Of a DNA stretch of 64,000 nucleotides, positions 9,981 through 20,118 are shown in pieces. The notes under the pieces are model-generated. The model did no database searches, was not told the DNA's origin, and was given only the letters and a program-made list of their open reading frames with translations. Source of the stretch: an uncultured Pelagibacteraceae bacterium (lineage in GTDB: Bacteria; Pseudomonadota; Alphaproteobacteria; Pelagibacterales; Pelagibacteraceae); the NCBI GenBank assembly GCA_902600855.1, contig CACKKY010000001.1, positions 6,851-70,850 on the forward strand, given 5' to 3'. The translations under genes were made by a program, and so were the position numbers. How positions within the stretch are numbered: the stretch's first letter is position 1; each line of letters opens with the position of its first letter.

Positions 9981-11582
9981 TTAAATACTAGCTGGAGCAT
10001 TATCCTTAAATAATTTGTAATCTAAACTATCCACTAGAGCTTTAAAGGATGCATCTATGATGTTCGTTGAAACACCTATTGTAAACCAATTTTTACCTTT
10101 TGAATCAGTACTTTCAATCGAAACTCTTGTTATCGCTTCAGTTCCTGTATTTAAAATTCTAACTTTATAGTCTACAAGCTTTAGATCTTTTAGATAATCT
10201 GAATATTTCGCTAATCGATCAACATTTTGTCTTATAGCATTATCTAAAGCATTAACTGGGCCGTTACCTTCCCCTTCACAAATTATTTTTTCACCATCTA
10301 CTTCTAATTGAGCCTTTGCAGAAGATATAATTTCTCCTAAAGAATTTTTTTTAACTGAAACATCATATTCTGTAATAGAAATATATCTTGGTATTTCACC
10401 TATTATTCTTCTCGCCAATAATTCAAATGAAGCATCAGCGCCATCATAACTATAACCTATAAACTCTCTATCTTTTACTTCATTTAAAAGTTTTTTTATT
10501 TTTGGATCATCTTCTTTGATATCTATATTTATTGTTTTCAATCTTGAAATTATGTTTGATTTACCTGATTGGTCAGAGATAACTATATTTCTTGAATTTC
10601 CAACTTCTTCTGGTTTGATGTGCTCATATGTTTTTGGATCTTTTTGAACTGCAGAAACATGTAGGCCACCTTTGTGTGAAAAAGCAGCAGCACCAACATA
10701 TGGTAAATGTTTATTTGGTTTTCTATTTAAAATTTCATCTAAAAGTCTTGAGCATTGTGTTAATTTTTTAATATTTTCAGATTTGATATTTAAATCAAAT
10801 TTAGAGGAAAAATCTTTTTTTAAAAAGAAGGTTGGGATTAATGACATAAGATTTGCATTGCCACATCTTTCACCCAATCCGTTAATAGTTCCTTGAACTT
10901 GTCTTGCCCCAGACAAAACCGCAGCTAATGAATTGCTAACAGCATTACCAGTATCATTATGAGCATGAATACCAAGATTTTCACCAGGTATTATTTTAGT
11001 CACTTCAGATACAATTTGAGTTACTTCATGAGGAAGTGTGCCGCCATTAGTATCACATAACACAATCCATCTAGCTCCAGAATCATAAGCTGCTTTTATA
11101 CATTCAACTGCATATTTTGAGTTTGCTTTATATCCATCAAAAAAATGCTCTGCATCAAACATGAATTCTTTTTTGGCTTTAACAAAATGTTTTGTACTTT
11201 CTTTAATGTTTTCAAGATTTTCTTCATTAGAAATCTCTAGAGCAATATCTACATGAAAGTCCCAAGATTTACCTACTAAACATACTGCTGGAGTATTAGT
11301 ATTTAATAAGGCTGATAAACCAGTGTCATTATCTGCACTTCTACCTGATCTTTTGGTCATTCCAAAACTAGTTAATTTTGCGTTTTTAAATTTGTGATTT
11401 TTTTGAAAAAACTCAGTATCAGTTGGGTTTGCACCTGGCCAACCACCTTCTATATAATCAACTCCTAGACTATCCAAAGCAAAAGCAATTTTTTCCTTAT
11501 CTTCTACAGAAAAGTCAACTCCTTGAGTTTGTGCCCCATCTCTTAAGGTTGTATCAAAAATATATAATCTATCTTTACTCAT
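9981..11582 (-). CDS. cimA: Citramalate synthase
   Basis: DTTLRDGAQ, EGGWPGANP, DAEHFFDG, HAHND, HKGGLH; LeuA-type regulatory domain. Confidence 0.92.
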   Translation of the reverse strand: MSKDRLYIFDTTLRDGAQTQGVDFSVEDKEKIAFALDSLGVDYIEGGWPGANPTDTEFFQKNHKFKNAKLTSFGMTKRSGRSADNDTGLSALLNTNTPAVCLVGKSWDFHVDIALEISNEENLENIKESTKHFVKAKKEFMFDAEHFFDGYKANSKYAVECIKAAYDSGARWIVLCDTNGGTLPHEVTQIVSEVTKIIPGENLGIHAHNDTGNAVSNSLAAVLSGARQVQGTINGLGERCGNANLMSLIPTFFLKKDFSSKFDLNIKSENIKKLTQCSRLLDEILNRKPNKHLPYVGAAAFSHKGGLHVSAVQKDPKTYEHIKPEEVGNSRNIVISDQSGKSNIISRLKTINIDIKEDDPKIKKLLNEVKDREFIGYSYDGADASFELLARRIIGEIPRYISITEYDVSVKKNSLGEIISSAKAQLEVDGEKIICEGEGNGPVNALDNAIRQNVDRLAKYSDYLKDLKLVDYKVRILNTGTEAITRVSIESTDSKGKNWFTIGVSTNIIDASFKALVDSLDYKLFKDNAPASI

Positions 11583-12934
11583 TTAAATTTCCAAATCGTT
11601 TTACCATCTTTATCTTCTATTAAAACACCTTTATCAAAAAGCTCATTTCTAATATTATCAGCTTTTTTATAATCTTTGTTTCCTCTAGCTTTGTTTCTTT
11701 TTTCAATTAGAGCTAAAATCTCTGACTCTTTAATAGATATTTTATCCCTTTTATAATCAAGCCAATTTTCTTTGGTTTCATTTAAAAGACCTATAAATTG
11801 GCAAGCAGAAATAAAAAGTTTTTTATCTTCAACATTTCCTTTTTGCGCTTTTTCATAAAGACTATGAAGATTTGCAATATAGCCAGGAGTATTTAAATCA
11901 TCATACAGAGGTTTTAATATTTCATATGAAATTATGATTTTATCATCAAATGATACATAAACATTATACCATTTATTTAATGTATTTTCACATTCGACTA
12001 ATAATTTATCACTCCAATCAAGTGGTTGCCTATAATGAGCACTTAAAAGTGCTAATCTCAAAATTTGACCACTAATTTTTTTTCTAAAATCTTTGATCTT
12101 TAGAATATTGCCCTGAGATTTTGCCATTTTTTCATTTGATATTGTGATAAAAGCATTATGTATCCAATAATTTGCAAAATTTTTTGTATTATTTGCACAT
12201 CTTGATTGTGCTATTTCATTCTCATGATGAGGAAAAATTAAATCAATCCCTCCCCCATGAATATCAAATTCATCACCTAAAAATTTTTTTGACATAGCAG
12301 AACATTCTAAATGCCAACCTGGTCTACCTTTACCCCATGGAGAGTCCCACGAAGGTTCATTTTCTAAGGAAGGTTTCCATAAAACAAAATCTTCACTTTT
12401 TTTTTTATTATCACTAACTTCAATTCTTGAACCAGCAATCAATTCATCTAATTTTTTATTTGATAACTGACCATAATCTGTAAATTTTTTAACTTCAAAA
12501 TATACATGGTTTTTATTTTCATAAGCAAATCCATTTTTTATGAGCTCTAAAATCATATCAATCATTTGCTTGATATGTTCTGTAGCCTTTGGTTGATGGC
12601 TAGGATTTTTACAATTTAAAAAAGCACAATCTTCATTAAAACTTTGAGTCACTTGTGATGTTAAATCTGAAATTGATATTTTTTTCTCTTGAGAGGATTT
12701 AATTATTTTATCATCAATATCTGTGATGTTTCTTATATAATTAACTGAAGAAAATTTATTTTTAAGTAATCTATATAAGACATCAAAAACAACAATAGGT
12801 CTTGCATTGCCAATATGAGGATCATCATAAACAGTTGGTCCACAAACATACATACCTACATTGTCTTTATTTATAGGAATAAACTTCTCTTTTTTATTAG
12901 TGAGATTATTTGTTAAATAAATATCCATATCCAT
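11579..12934 (-). CDS. cysS: Cysteinyl-tRNA synthetase
   Basis: YVCGPTVY, HIGN, GRPGWHLEC, KMAKS. Confidence 0.97.
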   Translation of the reverse strand: MDMDIYLTNNLTNKKEKFIPINKDNVGMYVCGPTVYDDPHIGNARPIVVFDVLYRLLKNKFSSVNYIRNITDIDDKIIKSSQEKKISISDLTSQVTQSFNEDCAFLNCKNPSHQPKATEHIKQMIDMILELIKNGFAYENKNHVYFEVKKFTDYGQLSNKKLDELIAGSRIEVSDNKKKSEDFVLWKPSLENEPSWDSPWGKGRPGWHLECSAMSKKFLGDEFDIHGGGIDLIFPHHENEIAQSRCANNTKNFANYWIHNAFITISNEKMAKSQGNILKIKDFRKKISGQILRLALLSAHYRQPLDWSDKLLVECENTLNKWYNVYVSFDDKIIISYEILKPLYDDLNTPGYIANLHSLYEKAQKGNVEDKKLFISACQFIGLLNETKENWLDYKRDKISIKESEILALIEKRNKARGNKDYKKADNIRNELFDKGVLIEDKDGKTIWKFK

Positions 12935-12979
12935 AGTTTTAGAAATATACTTAATTTTTAGATTTGTGAATCTAATTGA

Positions 12980-13717
12980 TTAGTTTGGAATTTTGCAAAC
13001 TGGAATAGGGTCCATTTTATGCAAATTTTGTTTTCTTATTTTTTCGTATTCTGCTCTATTTGTAGAATCAGGGTTATTCATAGCCTCTTCTAGTTCATCA
13101 TATTTTAAACCTAATTGCCCCTCGTCTGTTCTACCATCGTCCCACAATCCATCTGTTGGAGCTGCATTGATAATTTCTTCTAAAATATTTAACTCTTTAC
13201 CAAGTTCCCAAACTTCTGTTTTATTACAATCGGCAATTGGTGATATGTCAACTCCTCCATCACCATATTTTGTATAAAAACCTACTCCAAAATCCTCTAC
13301 TTTATTTCCAGTTCCCACTACAATTCCTTTGTTAGCTGCCGCTACTTGATACAGAGTAGTCATTCTTAATCTTGCTCTCGAATTAGCAAAACCATGTTCA
13401 TTATCGAAATTTGATAAACTATGACTAAAGGCTCGAAACAATTCATCTAAATTAATTGTGTGAGCTTCAACATTTTTGAATTTTTTAATTAACCATTCTT
13501 GATGTTTTAAACTCAAATCGTGTTGAAAAGATTTTTGTTTTATTGGCATCGATAACACAATCGTTTTTAAACCAGTCATAGCACTTAAAGTACTAGATAC
13601 AGAGGAATCTATACCTCCTGATATTCCAATTACAAGTGATTGAGCTTTACTTGGCATATTATCTACATATGCTTTAATCCAACTTGAAATAAATTTTACT
13701 TTTTCAGTGACTATCAT
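12980..13717 (-). CDS. nadE: NH3-dependent NAD+ synthetase
   Basis: GISGGIDS, NSRARLRM, FYTKYGDG, APTDGLW; no glutaminase domain. Confidence 0.95.
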   Translation of the reverse strand: MIVTEKVKFISSWIKAYVDNMPSKAQSLVIGISGGIDSSVSSTLSAMTGLKTIVLSMPIKQKSFQHDLSLKHQEWLIKKFKNVEAHTINLDELFRAFSHSLSNFDNEHGFANSRARLRMTTLYQVAAANKGIVVGTGNKVEDFGVGFYTKYGDGGVDISPIADCNKTEVWELGKELNILEEIINAAPTDGLWDDGRTDEGQLGLKYDELEEAMNNPDSTNRAEYEKIRKQNLHKMDPIPVCKIPN

Positions 13718-13755
13718 GATTCTAATCTAGTAATTAAAAGATAAAAAACAATGGC

Positions 13756-15141
13756 TTAAGATGCCGCTTGAATTGCATCTTTAGAATATCTACTATTCTT
13801 TTTAATCTCATCTGAAATTAGAAAAGCTAATTCTAAAGCCTGGTTAGCGTTTAATCGTGGATCACAATGAGTGTGATACCTGGATGATAAGTCTTTATCA
13901 GATATTTTTTGTGCTCCGCCAGTACATTCAGTGACATTTTGGCCTGTTAGCTCAATATGAAGTCCCCCTGCATAACTTCCTTCGCTTTGATGACATGCAA
14001 AAACATCTTTAACTTCTTTAACGACACTATTAAAAGGTCTTGTTTTGAATCCAGTTGAAGCTTTAATTGTATTTCCATGACATGGATCACAAGACCAGAT
14101 GACATTTAAACCTTCTTTTTTAATTGCTCTAATTAGTTTGGGTAAATGTTTTGAAACATTATCTGCACCAAATCTTGAAATTAAAGTTATTTTACCTTTT
14201 TCATTTTTTGGATTAATTCTATTACATAAGTTTATTAAGTCATCTGCTTTAAGGGTTGGCCCACACTTAATGCCAATTGGATTCTCTATTCCTCTACAAA
14301 ACTCAACATGACCACCATCTAATTGTCTTGTCCTATCTCCAATCCAAACAAAATGAGCTGAAGTATCATGATATTCACCTGTAGTTGAATCTGTCCTTGT
14401 CATGGCTTCTTCAAAAGGTAACAACAAAGCTTCATGAGATGTCCAGAAATTTACTGTATATAATCTATTATTAAAATCTGAAGTTATACCACAGGCCTCC
14501 ATAAACGCTAAGGCATCTGCGATCCTATCTTCTAATTCTTTAAATCTTTTTGTTTCAGGAGTCTTTTTAATATAATCTTGATTCCATAAATGAACTTTAT
14601 TTAAATCAGCAAAACCTCCCTTAGAAAAAGCTCTTATTAAATTTAATGTAGCTGCTGACTGTGAATAAGCTCTAAACAATCTTTTTGGATCTGGAATTCT
14701 TGATTTTTTATCAAATTCTATACCATTTATATTGTCACCCAAGTAACTTGGGAGTTCAACTCCATCTTTTACTTCTGTTGGTGCGCTTCTTGGTTTAGAA
14801 AATTGTCCTGCAATTCTTCCTAACTTTACAACTGGCAACGAAGCTGAGTAAGTTAAAACTAAAGACATTTGAAGCATCAATTTAAAAGTATCTCTAATAT
14901 TATCAGGATGAAATTCTGCAAAACTTTCTGCACAATCACCTCCTTGCAATAAAAATGCTTTACCATCTACAACATCTGCAAGTTGAGATTTAAGATGTCT
15001 TGTTTCTCCTGCAAAAACTAATGGAGGATAATTTCTAATTTTATCTAAAACCATGTTCAACTCATCTTTATCCGGATATTCTGGAATGTGTTTTACAGGG
15101 TATTTTTTCCAAGTATTTGTTTTCCAATTTTTCATATTCAA
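13756..15141 (-). CDS. Class II DAHP synthase
   Basis: LLQGGDCAESF, GRIAGQFSKPRS, WIGDRTR, CDPCHGNT, CDPRLN. Confidence 0.95.
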   Translation of the reverse strand: MNMKNWKTNTWKKYPVKHIPEYPDKDELNMVLDKIRNYPPLVFAGETRHLKSQLADVVDGKAFLLQGGDCAESFAEFHPDNIRDTFKLMLQMSLVLTYSASLPVVKLGRIAGQFSKPRSAPTEVKDGVELPSYLGDNINGIEFDKKSRIPDPKRLFRAYSQSAATLNLIRAFSKGGFADLNKVHLWNQDYIKKTPETKRFKELEDRIADALAFMEACGITSDFNNRLYTVNFWTSHEALLLPFEEAMTRTDSTTGEYHDTSAHFVWIGDRTRQLDGGHVEFCRGIENPIGIKCGPTLKADDLINLCNRINPKNEKGKITLISRFGADNVSKHLPKLIRAIKKEGLNVIWSCDPCHGNTIKASTGFKTRPFNSVVKEVKDVFACHQSEGSYAGGLHIELTGQNVTECTGGAQKISDKDLSSRYHTHCDPRLNANQALELAFLISDEIKKNSRYSKDAIQAAS

Positions 15142-15225
15142 CCTGAAAGTGTTTTAACAGACTTTTATCTATATTCAACTCTTCAAATAATTTTTTATAA
15201 AATACAAATAAATTGCTTATATTTA

Positions 15226-15822
15226 TTAAAAACTCTCAACTAACTTACTAAGGGCAAACATCCCTGGATCATCAAAATCTTTAGTTTTATCTTCAAACAT
15301 TCTTGCTCTGCCAATTAAAATTTTCTTTCCCTTAAATTTTTCCAATGCTTCTTTAGTAGATGTTTTAAAAATTTGACTATATTTGATTTCATTTTTTGTT
15401 TCTTTAATTTCATTTAATATTAAATCTAAAGTATCTAATATTGTTTTATCACCTAAATTAGTTTTGCCTCTTTCTTTAATTGTTTTTAAACAAATTTCAA
15501 AAATTTCAATTATATCCTCATGTTTTAAAAATTTTTTACCTTTTAATATTTTAGAAATATTCATTAAGCAAAACGCAACAATAGTACCAAAACTAGATCC
15601 AGATTTTTTTACAAATGCCTGAGAACAGAGCATAAAATTGTATCCTAAATCATCAGTGAAATTGTCTTTATTGTTTACAATTTCTTGAAATCCATTCTGA
15701 ATAGTGATACCTAAATCTCCATCTCCAATTTTTCCATCAGCTTCATTAAAATCATCATAATATTTCTTTGATTGAATTAATAATTCGTCAAAAATTTTTA
15801 TCATTTCATCTTTATTAAACAT
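15226..15822 (-). CDS. dhaL: Dihydroxyacetone kinase-like DhaL subunit
   Basis: DGKIGDGDLG, GDKTILD, GRA, DPG motifs. Confidence 0.88.
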   Translation of the reverse strand: MFNKDEMIKIFDELLIQSKKYYDDFNEADGKIGDGDLGITIQNGFQEIVNNKDNFTDDLGYNFMLCSQAFVKKSGSSFGTIVAFCLMNISKILKGKKFLKHEDIIEIFEICLKTIKERGKTNLGDKTILDTLDLILNEIKETKNEIKYSQIFKTSTKEALEKFKGKKILIGRARMFEDKTKDFDDPGMFALSKLVESF

Positions 15823-15823
15823 C

Positions 15824-16819
15824 TTAATTGGTCCAGAAAGGACATTTTGAATTTGATAATAAATTTTTTTCTAAATCTTCTGTAAGTTTAAGAATAGTTA
15901 TTGACATGCCAGCCATTTCCATTGAAGTCGCATATCTTCCAACATGAGATTTAATAATCTTAATCTTTAACTTTGATAGATTTTCATTTACTCTTTTTGA
16001 AATAATATAAAGTTCCTCTAAGGGAGTTGAGCCTAAACTATTAATCATTATTGAAACTTTTTCTTCAGGTTGTAACTTTATATCTTTTAATAATCTTACG
16101 CATAAATCATCAACTAATGGATCAGCTTTTCTAAGTTTTTCTCTTTTAATACCTGGCTCACCGTGAATGCCCATGCCTATTTCGATTTCGTCCTCTGTGA
16201 TTTCAAAGGTTGGTTTGCCAGCTTCTGGTAATATACATGGAGATAATGCTACTCCAAGAGTTCTTATATTTTCATTTGCAAGTGAAGTTAAATCAAATAC
16301 TTCATCAATAGATTTTCCACTTTCAGCTAAACTACCAGCAATTTTAAAAATATAAATCATACCAGCAATACCTCTTCTCTTTAATCTATCTTCATAAGAA
16401 GCGCTGGCTATATCGTCTGCAATAATCAATTTTTTTGTTTTAATTCCTTCTTCTGCAACAATTTCACATGCCATTTCGAAATTCATTACATCCCCACCAT
16501 AATTTCCCATGATACATAAAACTCCATTTCCATTGTCTCCATTTCTAATAGCTGATGCAATTTGATTGACTGAAGGTGATGCAAATACAGATCCTATTGC
16601 ACAAGCATCTAGCATTCCTTCACCAATATATCCTGTAAAGACTGGTAAATGTCCTGACCCCCCACCAGTGACTATTCCAACTTTGTTACTAGCTTTTGTG
16701 GCTCTAGTGATTACATTCTCGTTATCTTCTGCAAATGAGTAAATATCTGGATGAGAAACAACTAATCCTTGAATAGATTCTCTCACAAAATTTGAAGGTT
16801 CATTAATTATTTTTTTCAT
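15824..16819 (-). CDS. dhaK: Dihydroxyacetone kinase-like DhaK subunit
   Basis: GGGSGHLP, NYGGDVMNF, RRGIAG, GMGIHGEPG, TSMEMAG. Confidence 0.9.
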   Translation of the reverse strand: MKKIINEPSNFVRESIQGLVVSHPDIYSFAEDNENVITRATKASNKVGIVTGGGSGHLPVFTGYIGEGMLDACAIGSVFASPSVNQIASAIRNGDNGNGVLCIMGNYGGDVMNFEMACEIVAEEGIKTKKLIIADDIASASYEDRLKRRGIAGMIYIFKIAGSLAESGKSIDEVFDLTSLANENIRTLGVALSPCILPEAGKPTFEITEDEIEIGMGIHGEPGIKREKLRKADPLVDDLCVRLLKDIKLQPEEKVSIMINSLGSTPLEELYIISKRVNENLSKLKIKIIKSHVGRYATSMEMAGMSITILKLTEDLEKNLLSNSKCPFWTN

Positions 16820-16864
16820 AATTATAATTTAATACAAATAAATTAATTAACTACTTATGATTTA

Positions 16865-18685
16865 TTATTCTACAGTAACTGATTTAGCTAAATTTCTAGG
16901 TTTATCAATATCAAAACCTTTCTTTAAAGCTGAATAATAAGCTAATTTTTGTAGAGGAATTGTTAAAAGAAATGGTAAAAGATCGTCATTGGTACTTTCA
17001 ACTTCAATTGTTTCCCAAATATTTTCTGAAGTTACTTCATCTGTGCTTTTATTTGTAATAAGTAAAACTTTTGCTCCTCTTGCAATAACTTCTTGCATAT
17101 TAGAAATTGTTTTTTTGTAATAACTGTCACGTGGAGCAAGGACCACTACTGGCATACCTTCCTCTATTAATGCTAATGGGCCATGTTTCATTTCACCTGC
17201 CGGATAACCTTCGGCATGAATATAAGATAACTCTTTTAATTTCAGAGCGCCCTCTAAAGCAATTGGATAAGAATATCCTCTACCTAAAAACATTGAACCT
17301 TTCGCATTATTAAAAGTTCCAACAATTGTTTGAACTTTATTGTCAGTTAGTAATGTTTGTTTAATTAGTTCTGGCAATTTCTTTAAATCAATCAACTTTT
17401 CAATAAATCTTTTTTTTTCTAAATCTTTTTTCATTAATCCAATTTTTAAAGCTAGAATATATAAAATTAAAATTTGACCTAAAAAAGCTTTTGTTGAAGC
17501 TACACCAATCTCAGTTCCACAATGAATTGGTAGAATAAAATTTGAATCTCTTGCAATTGAACTCTCAATTACATTTACTACAGCACAAGTTTTCATTTCA
17601 TTCTTGTTACATAAATCTAATGCAGCGTAAGTGTCTGCTGTTTCACCAGATTGTGAGACAAAGACATATAAATTATCTTTTTTAAATCTATTTTTCCGGT
17701 ATCTAAATTCTGATGCTATATCGACATTCACTTCCAATGATGTAAGTTCTTCAAACCAATATTTAGCCATTAAACATGAATGATATGCTGTGCCACATCC
17801 AATTAATGTAATTGATGATATTTCATCAATTTTCCAAGGAAAATTATATATATTTATATCGTTATTGTGATTATCAATATATTCTTTAATTCCATTTTTA
17901 AGAGTCATTGGCTGTTCTTCAATCTCTTTTGCCATAAAGTGTTTAAACTCACCCTTATCGTAATTTTCTTCATCAGATGAAAGTTCTAATACTTTTTTAT
18001 TTATTTTAATTCCCTCTTCACTAAAAAATTCAACATAATCTTTTTTTATAAAACAAAATTCACCATCATTTAAATAAGTTATTTTGTTTGTCATGGATTT
18101 GAGAGCATACGAGTCTGAACCTAAATAATTTTCATTTGGTCCATAGCCTACTGCCAAAGGTGAGCCTCTTCTTGCACCTACTATTAAATCAGGTTCATCT
18201 TTAAATAAAATTCCTAGAGCAAAACTTCCATGTAACAATTTGAGAGTCTTTTTTATTGCATCAACGTAATTATCTTCTTTTAAATGTTCAGTAATTAAAT
18301 GAACAATAACTTCTGTATCTGTTTGAGATTTAAATTTATGACCTTTTCCAATTAAAAACTTTTTTAATAATGTTGAGTTTTCAATAATTCCATTATGAAC
18401 TACTGAAACATTATTTGATGAATGTGGATGTGCATTAAGACTATTAGGAACGCCATGAGTTGCCCACCTTACATGACCTATGCCAATAGAACCCTGGATA
18501 TTTTGTGATAATAAACTTTTTTCTAATTTATCTACTCTTCCCTCAGTTTTAATTTCATTTATTAAACCATCAGACAAAGTAGCTAAACCAGCTGAGTCAT
18601 AACCTCTATACTCTAATTTTTTCAGAGAATTTATAATTGATGCAGTTACTTGTTTGTTGCTATTTATTCCAATAATTCCACACAT
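16865..18685 (-). CDS. glmS: Glutamine--fructose-6-phosphate aminotransferase
   Basis: N-terminal CGIIG, EYRGYDSAG, SQSGETADT, C-terminal PRNLAKSVTVE. Confidence 0.98.
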   Translation of the reverse strand: MCGIIGINSNKQVTASIINSLKKLEYRGYDSAGLATLSDGLINEIKTEGRVDKLEKSLLSQNIQGSIGIGHVRWATHGVPNSLNAHPHSSNNVSVVHNGIIENSTLLKKFLIGKGHKFKSQTDTEVIVHLITEHLKEDNYVDAIKKTLKLLHGSFALGILFKDEPDLIVGARRGSPLAVGYGPNENYLGSDSYALKSMTNKITYLNDGEFCFIKKDYVEFFSEEGIKINKKVLELSSDEENYDKGEFKHFMAKEIEEQPMTLKNGIKEYIDNHNNDINIYNFPWKIDEISSITLIGCGTAYHSCLMAKYWFEELTSLEVNVDIASEFRYRKNRFKKDNLYVFVSQSGETADTYAALDLCNKNEMKTCAVVNVIESSIARDSNFILPIHCGTEIGVASTKAFLGQILILYILALKIGLMKKDLEKKRFIEKLIDLKKLPELIKQTLLTDNKVQTIVGTFNNAKGSMFLGRGYSYPIALEGALKLKELSYIHAEGYPAGEMKHGPLALIEEGMPVVVLAPRDSYYKKTISNMQEVIARGAKVLLITNKSTDEVTSENIWETIEVESTNDDLLPFLLTIPLQKLAYYSALKKGFDIDKPRNLAKSVTVE

Positions 18686-18687
18686 AA

Positions 18688-19311
18688 TTATTTATTTTTT
18701 CTTTTATAATTTAGTACCTCTGTTTGAGCAGCTCTAGTTAAAGCCAACGATTTACTTTTTACACTTTTTGTGATCACTGAACCTGCGCCAATAACACTTT
18801 TTTTATTTAAAGTAACAGGAGCTACTAATGAAGAGTTAGATCCTATAAAAACATTATCTTTGATTATAGTTTTTCTTTTTTTAACTCCATCATAATTACA
18901 AGTAATTGTTCCGGCACCAACATTTACATCTTTACCAATTTTAGTATCACCGATATAGGTTAAGTGATTTACTTTAGATTTTTTACCTATTATGCTTTTT
19001 TTGATTTCTACAAAATTTCCAATTTTAGAACCTTCTTTCAATGTTGTCTTCGGTCTAATTCTTGCATAAGGACCTATTACTACTTTGTTTTCTATTTTGC
19101 AATCTTCAAGATGTGAAAACGATTTTATAATAACATTGTTTCCAACTTTTACATTTGATCCAAACACTACAAAAGGTTCTATCGTAACATTTTTTCCTAT
19201 TTTAGTATCTGAAGAGAAGTAAACTGTATCAGGTCCAATCATTTTAACTCCTGATCTTAAAAATTTACTTCTAAGGATGTCTTGTTTTTTTTGAAAATTT
19301 AATTGTTTCAT
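18688..19311 (-). CDS. GlmU acetyltransferase (left-handed beta-helix) domain only
   Basis: GPYARIRP, IGNFVEIKK, NHLTYIGD, GAGTITCNYDG; 207 aa, no uridylyltransferase domain; upstream of glmS. Confidence 0.88.
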   Translation of the reverse strand: MKQLNFQKKQDILRSKFLRSGVKMIGPDTVYFSSDTKIGKNVTIEPFVVFGSNVKVGNNVIIKSFSHLEDCKIENKVVIGPYARIRPKTTLKEGSKIGNFVEIKKSIIGKKSKVNHLTYIGDTKIGKDVNVGAGTITCNYDGVKKRKTIIKDNVFIGSNSSLVAPVTLNKKSVIGAGSVITKSVKSKSLALTRAAQTEVLNYKRKNK

Positions 19312-19380
19312 CTAGGCAATTCTTTATATTAAGTATATATATTTCTTAATTCACAATATATTTCTTAAAAATACTTTTAA

Positions 19381-20064
19381 ATGAGTCAAATATTTACAAT
19401 TCTTTTCGATTTAGATGGGACTTTGGTTGATACTGCTCCCGATTTAATGAGAGCTCATAATTTTGTAATGAAAAAATTTGGTTATCCAACAAAATCAACA
19501 GAAGAAATAAGAAATTTAGTAGGTCAAGGAGCTGGTGCTATGATCGGGCGATCTATTTGGGGACAAGCAAAAAAGGAATTTGGAAAAGTTAAAGATGAAG
19601 AAATTAAGAGAGAAATGGTAAAAGATTTTGTTGATTACTATGGAAAAAATATAATAAATGAAAGTACATTAATTAAGGGTGTGAAAAAATTTTTAATATG
19701 GGCCAAAGAAAAAAAAATTTCTATGGCTGTATGCACAAATAAACAAGAGCATTTAGCAATAGACCTATTAAAGAAAATTGGAATTTATGATTTTTTTGAA
19801 TATGTAGCTGGATCAAATACTTTTGATTATTGTAAACCAGACCCAAGACACTTAACTTCGGTGATAGAAATTTTAGATGGTGATATCAAAAAAACTCTCA
19901 TGATAGGAGATAGTGAAACTGATGCTAATGCTGCAAAAGCAGCTGGGCTTCCTGTTATTTTACTTGAAGATGGATATACTGAAAAAAATATTAATGAAAT
20001 CTACCATAATCACTTAATAAAAGACTTTGTTGGTGTAGAAAAGATTGTTTCAGAATATCTTTAA
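19381..20064 (+). CDS. HAD-family phosphatase (phosphoglycolate phosphatase-like)
   Basis: FDLDGTLVDT, CTNK, KPDP, MIGDSETD. Confidence 0.88.
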   Translation: MSQIFTILFDLDGTLVDTAPDLMRAHNFVMKKFGYPTKSTEEIRNLVGQGAGAMIGRSIWGQAKKEFGKVKDEEIKREMVKDFVDYYGKNIINESTLIKGVKKFLIWAKEKKISMAVCTNKQEHLAIDLLKKIGIYDFFEYVAGSNTFDYCKPDPRHLTSVIEILDGDIKKTLMIGDSETDANAAKAAGLPVILLEDGYTEKNINEIYHNHLIKDFVGVEKIVSEYL

Positions 20065-20118
20065 TATTGATTATTTTTTTTTAACTATTAAAAACATCTC
20101 GTTAGTTAGGAGTCATTT

